DNA from: Nymphaea colorata
Lineage: Eukaryota
Length of the DNA: 64,000 nucleotides
Assembly (NCBI RefSeq): GCF_008831285.2
Contig: NC_045138.2
Coordinates: 30,876,001 to 30,940,000 of the forward strand
Direction of reading: 5' to 3'
Shown: piece after piece, positions 24,926-38,979 of the stretch
How the letters are laid out: each line of letters begins with the position of its first letter
How positions within the stretch are numbered: position 1 is the first letter of the stretch
The notes under the pieces: model-generated
What the model was told of the DNA's origin: nothing
Database searches by the model: none
What the model saw: only the letters and a program-made list of their open reading frames with translations
Translations under genes and position numbers: made by a program

Positions 24926-25737
24926 ATGGCAACAAATACACAGTCAGATTACACGGCCATGCAGGTAAGACTTCTTCGCATAGGAAATTTCAAAAATTTT
25001 ATAAGAACAAATCTTTGTACTTGAAACATAGAAATATAGGTACCCATCTGAGAGAACATTTGTAGGTAGGCATCCTGTGGACAATTGCTCATACAGGTTG
25101 TTCATAAAAAGTATTTATTTTCATATTGAAATTTTATGGCAGTTTTTCTAATTTATATGTTGTTGCCCATTAAAAAATATATAACTAGTACCCTTAAGTC
25201 AGAATTAATTCTAGCTCCGCCGCTGTCTCGAAAAATTCTAAAAAACCCATGTAAATGTGAGACCCACTTGTTTTTTGTGGAGTTTAGCCATTGTAGGGCT
25301 GATAAATGGATCGAGCTGTCCTGGCTTATTCACTTGGGCCCATTCCTGAAGTCTGTTGGCCTTAATTTCCTTCAAGATTGCCAACCTTGACTCAGTGGAC
25401 GCCATCATCATACGAATCTTGGAGGACTGAGCGATCCTTGACATGGAAAGGAGACGTATCGTTTCCAACTATCGTTGAATTTAATCTAACCATAAATGAG
25501 TAGGTGATTTGGTAGCATCATTGCTACATTAAGAGTTTGCTATTTCAGCACATATATGCTTTTTCCTAAGATGAAAGTTCAAGGTTGAAACCCCACCAAA
25601 TTCATGACAGCTCAAATTATTTTAGTAAGTTAATTTCGTTAGAAGCATATCCCTTTACAAATAAAACAACCGCAAAAATTCCAAGAACATTAAATTTGAG
25701 AAGAAAAACTTTTCAACAAGTCTTGTTAACATGCTTA

Positions 25738-25809
<72 letters not shown>

Positions 25810-27770
25810 TCTGCATTCTTTCCCTGCAACGAAGGGCACTTGGTGCGCATTGTGTGAAGAAGAAAAGAAAAAGAAGAACAAGATTTATGGTCATATGCAC
25901 AAGATGTGCTAGTCACTCTCGGAGCCGAATGGCACCTCACAAGTGTTTTCTTGGTCCATCCGAACCGAACTCCCATCTATTGAACAATCCAAGGTCCAGA
26001 TTGTTTGCATCGCTATGTCCAGCTCCAGTTGGTTTAGATTTCTAAAGCTCTGAAAGAAAAACCAGTTGAATATAAATGCAGGATTTCAGAGAACCAGACA
26101 GCCCATCCTTTTCACCGGCTCCGGTGTTCAGGAGACAGTTTCTGAACTCTGACAAATGAACATTTTGTTGGATATGCACATAATTTTACTAAATATAGCA
26201 GAGCAGATATATCATGTAAGTATTGTTTAGCTTAATCAAGCAAGTGATATGGGATTCTCTGGCGTCAACTGAGTCAAGTTTGGCAACTAATGAAAAGCAT
26301 GATTGAAATATCAAGAACAATTAAGCATAATTCACCTTGGAAAAGCAGACAAAAACTGTTCCTTTTTGGAAGGTATATGTGCCACGGGTTCCTCCACCAG
26401 AAAAAATGAGTGAGATTTTGATGAGATCGATGTGCACTTTTTTTCACTACTGTACTTTCTCTCGGTTGCCATAAACTAGAAGGGTTAAAAGTTGAAGATC
26501 TAAGCATCACACTTTTAAATGGCCCTACCAGTAGACAAGTAATCCAGGTTACAAAATCATAACATTCCCTTACCTTTAAGTTCTTATGTCCAACCTCCTA
26601 GCCAGGTGGATGGAGCTCTTCTTAGTCCAACATGAGATGTTGGTACCAACAGAAACGTCGAAATACCATGTTCTAAAGCATTGTCCCAGCATATAAAAAT
26701 CACAACCGTAAGATAGAGAGAAAGAGAGAGAGATTTTGTTACAGAAAACAAAGCTGCACAGCAAATCTTAGCCTTTGGCAATGAAAAATGAATATTAAAT
26801 GCCGACAAAGATTTCCGATATTGGGGGCAAAAAGAAATGTAAGGAACCAACCGAAGGTTGTGGATGTTGAACAATCGATCCCTAGAGTTTTACTGAAGAA
26901 ATGAACTCAGAGATCACAAAGCTTAAATTGCTTGAACCGTTCTTTCAGAATAGGAACATCAATATCAACTGGATGATTGCCAACATCATCAATAATACTG
27001 CTGACAGAAGCACTACATGTGGGAAACCATGGTTCTTGTCTGTGGCGTGCACATGTTAGTGATGCATGAACCTTTTTTTTGGTCCTGAAATTAACTTTTG
27101 GTTTTGGTTGCGATGCTGGAGATGGTTGAATCATGCCACTCAATTATGACAGTGACAGCGCCCAGGTTCCATACACCAAGCTAGGTGGGCCAGCTTACAG
27201 TACCCAAGCTGAAGGACTTTAAGAGTTTGGTACAATTATGAATCTTTCTTCACAGGGTGAATCTGGCAGACCACTGGTGGTATGATAGACCTCACAGACC
27301 TTGTTTCAGAAGCTCACCTCATTCTGATCATAGCAGGTTAAAGCTGGGTTTTCCCTTGGCTTGGCCAAAATATGACAATAATATGGTTTTCTATATACCC
27401 TGTATCATCCATGCAAGTGAAACTTTACATATGATCACGATAGCTGATCATAATGGACTGTTGGATTTCTTTTTACAATGCCACTCAACTATGCTCAGAA
27501 AACCTTCAGTCTGTTGAAAATTGCCTTGAAATAGCCTCAAGGGCTCCACCAAAGCATGAAATGATGATACCATCTGTAAGCTGTGACCATCATTGAGGCG
27601 TAGCAGTTACATTTTTGCAGAGGTCTTAAAAGCATACCAGTAACGAGCCGGATGCAGCTTGAACGATTTTGCAGGAGTGCATATGAGCTTTACCTTTGAG
27701 AAACATCTATGACGCACAAAATGATGGTGGTAAAAACATATTTGCAATTGACTATTGTTGAACTCGACAC

Positions 27771-29972
27771 TCACGCAAGATCAGAAGCATGACGAATCAG
27801 GGAATTGAGATGCATCAGGTTCAAATATATTTCACCACATTGTGGATGTGAAGTATCTCCTGCCAGAAACTCATGAACAATGCCATTAACCTCAACCAGA
27901 CTGCATCCAGGTGCCTTGTCGATGCCCTTGGAGCCCATCTTTCCTCTAACTCTCCTGACCTTGTTCCATTTACCTGCCTCAGAGTACATGTTGGAGAGGA
28001 GGATATATGCCCCATCGTCATTGGGAGCTAGCATCAAAATTTCTTCTGCAATTAATTCACCAAGTTCCAGTTCATGATGAACACGACATGCTGACAGGAG
28101 AGATCCATATATAATTGAATTAGGCTTGAACGGCATTTTTTCAGTGAAGGACATTGCTTCTTTTAAGAGGCCAGCCCTGCCCAGAAGGTCTACCATGCAC
28201 CCATAGTGCTCGATTGTGGGAGATATGTTGTACAGATTTTTCATGTTACTGAAATGATCCATCCCCTCACTGACCATGCCAGCGTGAGAGCAAGCACAAA
28301 GAACAGCCGTAAGAGTTACATGGTCGGGGAAAATGTCGCTCTCCCCAAGCAATTGACCAAAAATGGCCAAGGCTTCTCTTCCATATCCATTAACTGCAAG
28401 ACCACCAATCACAGAATTCCACGAAAAAATATCTTTCTTAGGCATGTTATGAAAGATCTGCACTGCTTTCTCTATACAGCCACATTTTGAGTACATGTCA
28501 ACTAATGCATTACCCAAAAACACATCTGACTTCACCAGCTTTTCGCCAATGTATGCATGGATCCACTTGCCCTGCTCCAGTGCTCCCAACTGTGCACAAG
28601 CAGAAAGCAAGCTTACCAGTGTCACTGCATTTGGTGATACTCTAGAGGTTTGCATAATGCGGAAAAGGGAAAGTGCTTCCTTGAAGCAGTTCCCTTGAAC
28701 GTAGCCTGTAATCATAGTAGTCCATGTGACCACATCTTTTTCAGATGTGGGGATTGTATGAAAAACTTGGGCTGCACTATTCATATCTCCACATTTTGCA
28801 TACATGTTGATCAGTGCATTACCCACAAAAGTGTCCCAATTGATGTTATGATCATTGACATAAGAGTGAAGATTCTTTCCTTCTTCAAGATCACCTAACC
28901 GTGCACAAGCTGATAACAAATTAACCATTGTGACTTCACTTGGCTTCATGCCGTTCTGTTTCATCTTCTGAAATAAAGCGAGTGCTTCTGCAGGCAAATT
29001 ATTGTGCACGAATCCTCCAATCAGTACATTCCATGAAACAGTATTCTTTGTTTTCATGTTATTGAATACTTGACCAGCATTTTGTAGATCCCCACATTTT
29101 GTATACATGTTGACAAGGGCGTTTCCCACAAGCACATCACACTCAATCTTATTATCCTTAATAAAAGAGTGCAACCATTGACCTCTACCGAGAGCATGGA
29201 ACCGAGCACAAGCAGATAAAAGGCTCACCACAGTGACCTTGTTGGGAATGACTCCAGATACTTGCATTTGATCAAAAAGCTTTAATGCTTCTTCAGAATC
29301 ACCCAAGTGAGCATACGCAGCAACCATGGTAGTCCATAGTACAATATCTCTTTCAGGAGACTCATCAAACAGTTGTCGTGCAGTCTCGATTCTCCCGCTC
29401 AGAAAATAAAACTTGATGATTGCTGACATAACAAATGCATCGCGTTCAAAGCCAAGCTTGATAATCTGGCCATGAATCATCGTCCCTTGTTCTATTGAGG
29501 AATTATGAATTGAGGCCTTGATCAAGAAGGGAAAAGTATACTTGTCAGGAGAAAACCCCCTATCGAGCATCTGATTATACAGTGAAAATGCCATCTTGGT
29601 TAGACGACTATGAGCACAGGCCCTGATCATGGAATTCCACATGAACAAGTTCGGATGGGGAATTTGGCCGAACACACAAGACGCGTAGTCTAATCGACCA
29701 GAAGAAGGTACAGTGCAGAAAGCAAGTAGCCTGCTTGCAAAGAAAGTTTCCTGAATCATGCCTGTGGTAATCATTTGAGCATGGATTTGCTTCAATTCTT
29801 CCATGGTGGTGCAGTGGTCTAAAAGCGAGGTAATGGCGGACGGTTGGCATAAAACCCATTCCTTCTTAAGTGGATGACTGATGGATTCGTGGTGGATGTG
29901 AAGGCAAGGAAAGCCCCTGAATGCTGCTATGCTTTCATGAAGAAAACGGAAGCAGGTGAAGCCTTTAAGCAT
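27771..29972 (-). CDS. PLS-class PPR protein, E/E+ subclass (no DYW domain); probable organellar C-to-U editing specificity factor
   Basis: Intronless 733-aa ORF from ATG. LKQIHAQMI start of the PLS tract, repeated VSWN/VTWT and PNxVTxVSLLSACA motifs, E domain HYGCMVDLLGRAG, PG box APGCSLVEVNGIVHEFLAGDTSHPQ, then a stop with no HSE/CxxC. Confidence 0.93.
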   Translation of the reverse strand: MLKGFTCFRFLHESIAAFRGFPCLHIHHESISHPLKKEWVLCQPSAITSLLDHCTTMEELKQIHAQMITTGMIQETFFASRLLAFCTVPSSGRLDYASCVFGQIPHPNLFMWNSMIRACAHSRLTKMAFSLYNQMLDRGFSPDKYTFPFLIKASIHNSSIEQGTMIHGQIIKLGFERDAFVMSAIIKFYFLSGRIETARQLFDESPERDIVLWTTMVAAYAHLGDSEEALKLFDQMQVSGVIPNKVTVVSLLSACARFHALGRGQWLHSFIKDNKIECDVLVGNALVNMYTKCGDLQNAGQVFNNMKTKNTVSWNVLIGGFVHNNLPAEALALFQKMKQNGMKPSEVTMVNLLSACARLGDLEEGKNLHSYVNDHNINWDTFVGNALINMYAKCGDMNSAAQVFHTIPTSEKDVVTWTTMITGYVQGNCFKEALSLFRIMQTSRVSPNAVTLVSLLSACAQLGALEQGKWIHAYIGEKLVKSDVFLGNALVDMYSKCGCIEKAVQIFHNMPKKDIFSWNSVIGGLAVNGYGREALAIFGQLLGESDIFPDHVTLTAVLCACSHAGMVSEGMDHFSNMKNLYNISPTIEHYGCMVDLLGRAGLLKEAMSFTEKMPFKPNSIIYGSLLSACRVHHELELGELIAEEILMLAPNDDGAYILLSNMYSEAGKWNKVRRVRGKMGSKGIDKAPGCSLVEVNGIVHEFLAGDTSHPQCGEIYLNLMHLNSLIRHASDLA

Positions 29973-30574
29973 AAGGCCGAATCACAGCAAAAGAAGGAGG
30001 GAAATTTTGAAAATTAGTATAAACCCCATCAGACCAGCGCATAGAAGTTAGGAGAATGCAACCTCTAAACGAGCATCTAGGCAATAACAGTAAGAGGACA
30101 AGATCCAAATCAATGAGCAATTGATCAGCTTTCTCAGGACAGCGTTTAATTTCTTGCTCTGCGAGATGCCAAGATTGAACATCCAGAGATCATCCAACTC
30201 TACTTTTGAACATAGCTCATATTCTCGATCGCACAAAAGATTTAAGCGGGAAACATGTCTCATTTATCCAAGATCACCTTAGCAATTATGTCATCTTTGG
30301 GCTGAGTCACCATTCAAAAAGGCACAACGAAATGAAAACGATAAGAAATGTGGCCTGTCCTCTACCCGTAGACCACCAATATCAGTTCCATATATCAAGG
30401 ATCAGCACGAAGACAGCAGCCCTTTTGGATTTCATGCCATTACAATCGGTTGTGCCGCTAATTACAGGCCTTTTGCCATATTATCTTCTTGGGAGAGTGG
30501 TTATACTGTTCAGAGTGACAGCACGGTGATGCGCGTGATGGTCGCCTTATGATTTTGCTTAATGCGCCATCTAC

Positions 30575-30822
30575 ATGAGCCGAGCTCGAGCTCGAGCTCG
30601 GTCAACTCGACTTGACTGTACTCGACTCATATGTTATTAGGTTCAGTCTAGCCGACTATAACAAAAAAAAAAAAACTACTAGATTAAACAAGCTTACTCG
30701 AATTCAATCAAATCGAGCTCTGTAATTGGAACTCGACTCACTTATAAGCTCAAGTTTTCAAGCTGGAGTCAAATTTAACCGAACGAGTTCGTTCGAGTTG
30801 ACTCTGCTTGTTGGGCAACCCC
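30575..30822. mobile_element. Degenerate hAT-type MITE (GAGCTCGA family), opposite orientation to the 63-kb copies
   Basis: GAGCTCGAGCTCGAGCTCG, CTCGACTCATAT and TTATAAGCTC motifs, ending in GGGCAACCCC. Confidence 0.5.
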
Positions 30823-33419
30823 ACTTTTATAGATATTGAACTTGTTATCGTGAAATCACCGATCAGATATACACCTGATCGGATTTTAGTTGGATGTACC
30901 CTTAAACATATCCTATTTTACCCTCATATTCGCATATTTGAATTCAAATACAAACCAAAAATTAAAGTTTATACTACATTCTAAATTTTTTGGATTCACA
31001 ATCTGAATTCAACTTTTGTTTTCGTATCTAAATTCGATTCTTACTTTTAAATACACAATCAATGTTAGGGAAGGGTGTTTATTTAAAACTGAATTTGTAG
31101 CCATACTTGAATTTGATCCTATGTTTATCTAAAATTGAACTATGATCGAACCCTACGTCATTCATGAATCCAAATCTGATTTTGCTCCTTGCAAGGGCAC
31201 TGATATAATAGTAATAATAATAATAATACAGTACTTGCTGGCAATCAGTGTGCAGCATGTGATATTGCACCAGAAGGACCCCAAGTTGCTCTCAACGCCA
31301 TGTGCTTTCAAGGTCTCTGCGCTCGAAGTATGGGAAGAACCCCATGCTTCTTTTGGACCACCATGTGAGGCATTGCCAACAATGGCTCTCTCTCTCTCTC
31401 TCTCTACCAACAGAAAACTCAGATTCATGCTGCAGGCACATGCATGATTCAGGGAGAAAGCTGCCAAGAGATCTTTAAGATGGTGATGCCTACTTTTATT
31501 TTGTATTGCAGTGAATGTTGGGCACCAACACATGTGATTGCTTAGATGCATGCATGATACAATGAGTTGGCCGAATTTATAAGCAAAGTTGGAGAAATTT
31601 TACAGTAAAGTTGTTGATCATACTGCAGTCGATGAATCTACGCCAGGTTTGATTCCTGTAGGCACTACACACCTGAGCTAGACATTGTTTGTACCCTTTC
31701 TTCATACTTGCAGGCTCTGACATGACTTTTGATGCGAGGACGGGGAAGAAACGGTCTTGGGCCATCTTCTGAGCGGTGGGGTTTGTTCATGAAAGTTGCA
31801 AGTGTAGGCTTAAAGTGAGGTGGGTTGTAGCTATCATATGCATGTCACAGTCGCTGACATTCTGTGATCTCAAATATCATTAACAGGTTTCAAACGACCA
31901 TGATTTTCTCACATGTTTTTCAGCAAAACTGAAAATCTCAGAAAAAAATTCAGTAAATTTTAAGAAAAGAATAAGAAAATCCTAAAATTTTGGAAAAATG
32001 TAAAATAAATAAATAAAAACTAATAAAAACATAAACAATAATTTGATAAATAATAAAAATGATGCATTAGTAATGATAAAATAAATAATTCTACTTAAAT
32101 TTTAAACATGCAAGCAAAAAATAACGCAAAAATAATGATGAAAAATATGATAAAAATGAGAAAACTTAATTTTCAGGGTTTTCTTTCACGGGGAGAAAGA
32201 CAGCTTTGTTTTTTTTTCTTTCATTTCCATTAACGTGATAAAAATACTAAAATCCCATTTTGGGCTTTTTCATAAAAAGAAAGAAAAACATTTTTTTTTA
32301 TATAGATTTCAATGTTTTCAACGGGTATTTTTCGATAAAGACAGGCTTTCTATGACTATGACTTAGTTGGATTGGGCTTGAAATCCTTGCCGTAGAAGAA
32401 CACAAATTAAATTAATTCAACCAGATGACAATAGATCCAAATAACTAAATAACAAAGATCCAGTCTGAATTAGATCCCTCCCTACTAAAAAACCACATTC
32501 AAAAACTTGTACATAATAACACTATACTAGGACACTAGGCAGCAAGGCTGTTCACATTTAAAGTGTTTGAAAACAATCTCCTCACTACTGACGTTCTTGG
32601 TGCATTATTCCTCTGCCCCATAAATGGTAAATGGTAACATGCATGATACTCAAACCAAGAGTAGACCATAGGATCACCCAAGCCATAATTTTGGAAGTAT
32701 AAGGATATAGTTTAAAAGTTTTATACCAAAAGCAGCTTTCTATAAAATAAACGTTAATAAAAAAAACTACCCAATAAAATTACAAAATAATGGCATTTAC
32801 ATGCAAAAAATATTTTTAGGAATGAATCCAAATGCAAAAAACTTGCCCTCATGAATTGGGTGCTCAAGTAAATGGTATATTTTATTATCTATTTTATTTA
32901 CAAGCAACTACTTTTGTATTCAAACTCGATAGGCATCACACACGACTCATTTTCCAAATATGATCGAAGCAAATCACCTTAAATTGATGGCTTCATACCC
33001 AGACCTGAATTTCTGACGATTACATGTGATATGTCCTCAGACTTGGATATTTGGATTTGGTTATAGGAACCGCATTCCAAATCTGAATCCAATTAATATT
33101 CGGATCTTATTTTCCGGGTCGGATCCGATTATATGGATTGTGGTTTGGTTAATAAATCAGGCAACCCTAGCAAAATTCGCATTCAGTGGGACCCATATAC
33201 GTTCTTCGTTCTTGAGATGTTATTAGAGGGGAAGGTGCTGGAACCGGCCGATTCAAAAATTCAGTTGCGAATCGGACAAAATTATTTATAAGTCATTTTT
33301 ACATAAATAAATTGCGAAAATTTATTAGAGGCAGGTGTTCATTGTAAAGCTTACATTGTACCTATAATTCTAAAAAACTGGAATTAAGTACTTGATTTAT
33401 TAATAAGTCACACTTTCCT

Positions 33420-33676
33420 AAGGGTGGGCATCAGGCCGGGCCGCCGGCGGCCCGGTTCAGCCAGTTTAAGTTTTAAAAATATTTTTTTTTTTTAATTTTT
33501 TGTTTTAATAATATATATTTATTATTATTAAATATATTTTATATTTTAAAAATTATTTTATGATTAAAAAAATTGTTTTCAATTTTTAAACTGGCCGGGC
33601 CCAGGCCAAGACCCGGGCTATTGGGCCAGCCTTTACCGGGCCCAGGCCGGCCTTTACTGGCCCGATGCCCACTCTT
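33420..33676. mobile_element. hAT-type MITE with GGCCCGG subterminal repeats and AT-rich core
   Basis: TIR AAGGGTGGGCATC / GATGCCCACTCTT. Flanks ACTTTCCT and ACTTTCTA form a degenerate 8-bp TSD. Confidence 0.7.
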
Positions 33677-35135
33677 ACTTTCTACGAAAACTATCAAATA
33701 AAAGCATAATTAACGTGTGAAACAGACAATGTTAACTGCAGCTTTTTCCAATATTACTTTTAGCACTAAATTACATTGAGCAAGCTTACGGTTTTATTTT
33801 TAGGTCCGCATAAAAGTGGTTTCTTTTCTCAAAAGTATAGGCAAACGCAGGCTGGAAGTGATTTTTCCTACTTTAAAAGTTACCATCATTGCGGTCATAT
33901 TCTATAAATAACAATGAAACTTTTACCCAATGAACCAGATCACGTAGTAGCAAGACAAATATGAATTTCTTGGGAGTTATATATATATAACTCAACCCAG
34001 AAAAGGCCAACATTGGCTGATACGAGAAGCATTTTGTTCATGCCTACGCCCCATAACAAGGAGAGCCACCATGTAACCATGTGTTATTTATGCCGTAGCT
34101 TCCACTTATTTAAACTTACCACTTCTCATCTTCTTGTTTCCGATGCAATTCCCGCCGGGAGATATTCTCCCTACTTAGTGAGCAAAAGAAATCAAACAGC
34201 ATACAAGAAATTCTCATGTACCCGGCAAAACGATTCAGCAAACGGCAAAACAAGTCAAGTACACTTTCTCTGAACTTTCTCCTTCTCCAGCTCATTCCTG
34301 CAAACAAGTATTCCCCTGTATCCGGCAATATGAATAACCATTTTATGGGCAATATTTCTATATGAACAGATGGAAGAAATTATCCATTCCTGTCCAAAGA
34401 ATGATGGCCACGTGTCAGGTCACAGACCAGTTGCCAGGCAAAGAGCAAATCTGCATAATATTTCTTATTCCAGGAATTTAACAAATGGATTTTTGAGATC
34501 ATCCCATAAACAAGACCACACATTCTTACCAGTCCTTTCCTGTCTATCATGCATTCGGGTGATTCTACTCTTCAATAAACACCACAAACACAGGCAGACT
34601 CAGCAACTAACTGTCACATAGCTACCGGAAAAGTTGCTGGTACGGGTACGGTGTTTTCGTCAAACTTGGTACGGAGGTATGGTGATAATTATATATTTTT
34701 AATTCACAAAAAAAAAAAAGAAAAAATTGAAAAAACTGTAGTAACCACTCACGAACAGCTAGAAACCAGTAGAACAACACGGCATGAACAGGGAGCAGGA
34801 AATCTCAGAACACGGCATGAACAATCTCATTTAGTCCATTTCAAGCATTGCATGCTACAGTTTTCACAGAAGAAAGAAACCAGCAGAACACGGCATGAGC
34901 AGGGAGCAGAAAATTTGAGAAGGCATGAACAGGGAGCAGGAAATCTGAGTTGAGAACTGAATGTAACAAGAAAAAGACAAGGAGTTGTCATGTAAATCAA
35001 TGTTGATGTCCATATTGTATACATACATGCATATACATTAAATCAATACTGTTAAAGTGAATTAGAATCTATTTTCTAGAAAAAATAAGTTCCCATGTAA
35101 AACCTTGTAATCTATCCAATAAGTTGTTCAGGTGA

Positions 35136-35215
35136 CTTCTATGAGTATACATAGTTTCACAAACTTCTCTATTCTTCTATGAGTATACATAGTTTCACAA
35201 ACTTCTCTATTCTTC
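35136..35215. repeat. Perfect 38-bp tandem duplication
   Basis: CTTCTATGAGTATACATAGTTTCACAAACTTCTCTATT occurs twice head to tail. Confidence 0.9.
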
Positions 35216-36623
35216 CCTTGAGCTTCTCCTTCATGCCTAGGACCCCAAGGAACAAACGGTGTGGTTCTTAAGTAACCTAGACATTGGTGGACAACAAGAT
35301 AGGTTTCTCCCAGCATGTATAAAGGAAAATGAAGAACTTGAGAAACATAAAATCCAAAGATGCTGACTCCATATAAACGAGAGCATTTGTCCCTTCCATG
35401 TCAAGAAATTAGTATGAGTGAGCTCTTCAGTAACGAGCTAATGTAGGAAGCTGACTGATGGACCAGAAGTCGAGGAAATATCCATAAATGGGAATGAAAC
35501 AAAAAATAGGAAGTCGAGGATAAAGAGCAATGAAGTCAAGGATAAAAAGCAATGAGGTATTTATGAGAGGGGGAAAAAGAATAAGGAGTCTCTCAATCGA
35601 TTAGCAATGAAGGTGAAAAAGGCTATCAATATACCATAATTCTTCACTCCCCCCGACCCCGCCTTCTTTTGGAAACCAAGCTGATGAGAACAGCTTAGCA
35701 GAACTACTGCAATCTGCCCAGATTCAGAACCAAAAGCTCAATTTAATGCTTAACAACAGTTCCAACCCCACCCCCACTGTTAAGGTTTCCTTTGCCGTAT
35801 AATTGACAGCAAGAATGACCACAAAGAGGCCATAGCAGACTATATAAGAAGAAATAGAGGTGACGTCAAACTGCAATAGCAGGTGACATCAACAGCAACA
35901 GCTCAGAAATATGACGCTGAACCAAGAAGCAATACAAGACTGCACAAGGAGCAAAAGTGACGTCAAACATCAACAGCAAATAACATCAACAGTAATAGTT
36001 CAGAAATATTATCCTGAACAAAGAGATGTAACAGATGACAGAATGTACCCAGAATAAGACCAAGAAGCAGCAGAAATATAAGGATGTGAAGACCAAAAAA
36101 AAAATCCATAGGGAGAGAAAAAACCAGAAACAAGGACAGGATGAAGAAGAAGATTAGAAGACGAGAAAATTCAGCAAAGATTAGATAGGAAACAATTTCT
36201 TCAACAGAGAAACACATTGGATCTATTTGTGCATACCTTAGGCAAAATCTCCCAGCTCAGCAGAGCTTTGATCCCATCTAAGAATTAGATATCAGACATA
36301 TTGATTGTTAGAACTTCAGACCCATAACAGAAATCCAGCTAAACGGCAAGTTTCCAAGCAAATATGCATTAGCTTCAAATCTGCTAATATGGCAGCAGCA
36401 GCCACAACGAATACAAAGTTTGACTCAAGAGAACAAGAGACTTGGACTAAAAGAAAATAACGTAACCTTAAGTAAAGTTACAGAAAATAAGTTAAAGTAC
36501 ACAAATGCCCCCACTTATGAGGGTGAATTGGTGAAAACAGTAAAACAAGTTATAACATATTACAATAAAAGAAAGGATGAAAACAGACTTTGACCAAAAT
36601 AAGAAGATGCAAGTATTTTAACA

Positions 36624-38658
36624 CTCCATCTCAAACTTGGCATGATTAAGTAACATCATACTATACCAAGTTTGCCAACAAATTTCCTGAACTTTGATGA
36701 TGTCCAACTCTTTAGAAACATATGAGCAACTTGATTTTCAGTCCTTGTATGCTCAACAGAATATTATTTTTTCTTCATATGCCTTCCTTATAAAGTGGCA
36801 ATCATTTTCAATAATTCTGGATTTTTGGCAATATGAATTGCACTCATGTTGTCACAAATTAGTTTGGTTTTCTTAACAACTGAAACTCCAATTTCGTTTA
36901 GAAACCAGCTTATCCAAATTATTTCATCTGTAGTTTGGGCCATAGCCCTATATTCAGCTTCAGTTGTAAACAAAACCCAGTTGTAGATAGCCGAACACAT
37001 ACTGATCCACCAAAATCAGCATCTCATAAGGCCACAAGTTCTTCAAAATTTGAGGAAGAAAAAAACATTCCGTGGTCCATTGTATCTCTCACATACCTGA
37101 TGATTCTCAGCACTGCAGAAAGATGCATACTGTATTGATATAGGTGCACTCATGAATCCACTTGCCACATGGACAACATGAGCTATGTGAGGCCTAGAGA
37201 TAGGTAATCAAGCTTCCAGCAACCTGTCTATAAACTGTAAGTTCTTCCAATTTCTTCCCTTCAAGAGGTCTTAGTTTGATATTTGTTTCCACAGGAGTTT
37301 CCACCCTCTTGTCCTCCTCATATAGTCTAGCTTTAATCACAAGATCAGTCACACATTTATGTTGAGATAGAAATAACCCTCTTTTCGAACAAGCAACTTC
37401 TAAACCCAAGAAATATTTTAAGAAACCATGATTCTTCATTTCAAAAGTTTGTGCCAGCTTCTTCTTGTTTTCATCAATAATTCTATGATCATCTCCAGTA
37501 CTGATGATATCATCAACATACAAAAGCAACAAACACCTACCTCTTTCTGTAGAAGATACAAACAATGCAGGATCATGGAGATTTTGGTTGAATCCAATTT
37601 CCTTAACAGCTGTACTAAATTTTTCAAACCCTGCTCTCGGGGCTTGTTTTAGCCCATGAAGAGCGCTCCTTAATTTACACACTCTGCCTTTTGAATCCAC
37701 AACACCTGGTGAAAGCTGCACATAAACTGCTTATTATAAATCTCCATTCGCGAAGGCATTCTTCGCGTCTAACTAACATAGATTCCAATGTATTGTTGAT
37801 GTCACAGCAAGAAAAGTTCTGATGGTAGTCATATGTGCGACTAGTGCAAATGTCTCAGAATAGTCTATTCCAAATTGTTGATGGTAGCCTTTTGCAACTA
37901 ATCTTGCCTTGTATCGTTCAATTGATCCATCAGCTTTCGTTTTCATCTTGAATACCCACTTACAACCCACTGCATTCTTCTTAGGAGGAAGATTCATCGA
38001 GTCCCATGTGTTCATCCTTTCCAAGGCATTCAATAGTTGCTGCATATCTTCAGCGGTGGATTTAGAATTTTGTCATTCTTGTTTGTAATCATGTCTTACC
38101 CCTTTGTTTTTATTTTGAGGATTAAACCAGCATTGTGCCTTCATGTGTCCTTTCTTATTACATTGAAAACAAATCGGTATTCTTCTTGAAGTATACGAAT
38201 GAGGCATACCTTGGTTATTTGGTGTTGGTAGAATGCCACAACCACCATGATCAGAGTTACCATGGTTCTATCCAAATTTTACATTCATGACCAACACATT
38301 TTGGAAGCTCCCTTCATCAGTCATTTCCATGACTCTTTTCATATTCATTTCGTGTTGGAGGAGTTTACTTTGTAATAGGAAGGACTTCAAGAGTTGTAAT
38401 AAAAACATGATAATCATGCCCAAGTCCACTTAAAGCCCTTTCTTTATCAGAAGCGTTATTCTCTAAGAAAGCAAGTTGGTCTGCGACAACCTTAATACGT
38501 CCCAAATAATCCATGATAGATGTTGAACCCTTGTTCAAATTCTGAAATTTTTTCTTTAAGTACATAATCCGTGCTTTTGATATTTGGAAAAAGGTATCAA
38601 CAAGAGTAGAAATCTGGCAATCTGTGCTTTTTTTAAGCGAAACCTTTCTTTGATACCA
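36624..38658 (-). mobile_element. Degenerate Ty1/Copia relic: gag joined directly to RT-RNase H, with protease and integrase missing
   Basis: PBS TGGTATCA (minus strand) at 38651-38658. Gag-like KARIMYLKKKFQNLNKG...DYLGRIK and zinc knuckle CFQCNKKGHMKAQC (~38130-38175). RT motifs YKARLVAKGYHQQFGIDYSETF, GLKQAPRA, LLYVDDI and LKYFLGLEV. RNase H motifs TEAEYRAMA and CDNMSAI. Multiple stops and frameshifts. Confidence 0.88.
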
Positions 38659-38979
38659 TGATAGAAATCTGGCACCAATATGTGTAACTAAAAATTTGTA
38701 TTCATGTAGGAAGATAGAGAGAAAGAATGAGGTTGAGGAGAAGAGGCAGTGACCAAGATGGTCTACGTAGCCCATATTTACAATACTCAATTTGTTGAAT
38801 CTTAAAAGACTCTTCAATCATAAAATCCTATGAGACTTCTGACAAATCACAAGGACATAGAATACTGCAACACAGTTTACAAGACGGCAAAATACAAGGA
38901 CATAGAATGATGTGAGACATGGTTCAACGTGTTGAATTTTGGATCCAAATGGAAGATCTGAAAATCTTATTGTTTAACA

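Noticed and set aside
26907..27770. Possible detached DYW remnant or extra exons downstream of the E+ PPR gene
   Set aside because: No HSE/CxxC or other DYW-like residues are visible after the stop. Probably 3' UTR or intron sequence.
31200..31560. CATG-rich region resembling a miRNA host locus (also 12300-12560)
   Set aside because: I found no conserved mature miRNA sequence or long fold-back by eye.
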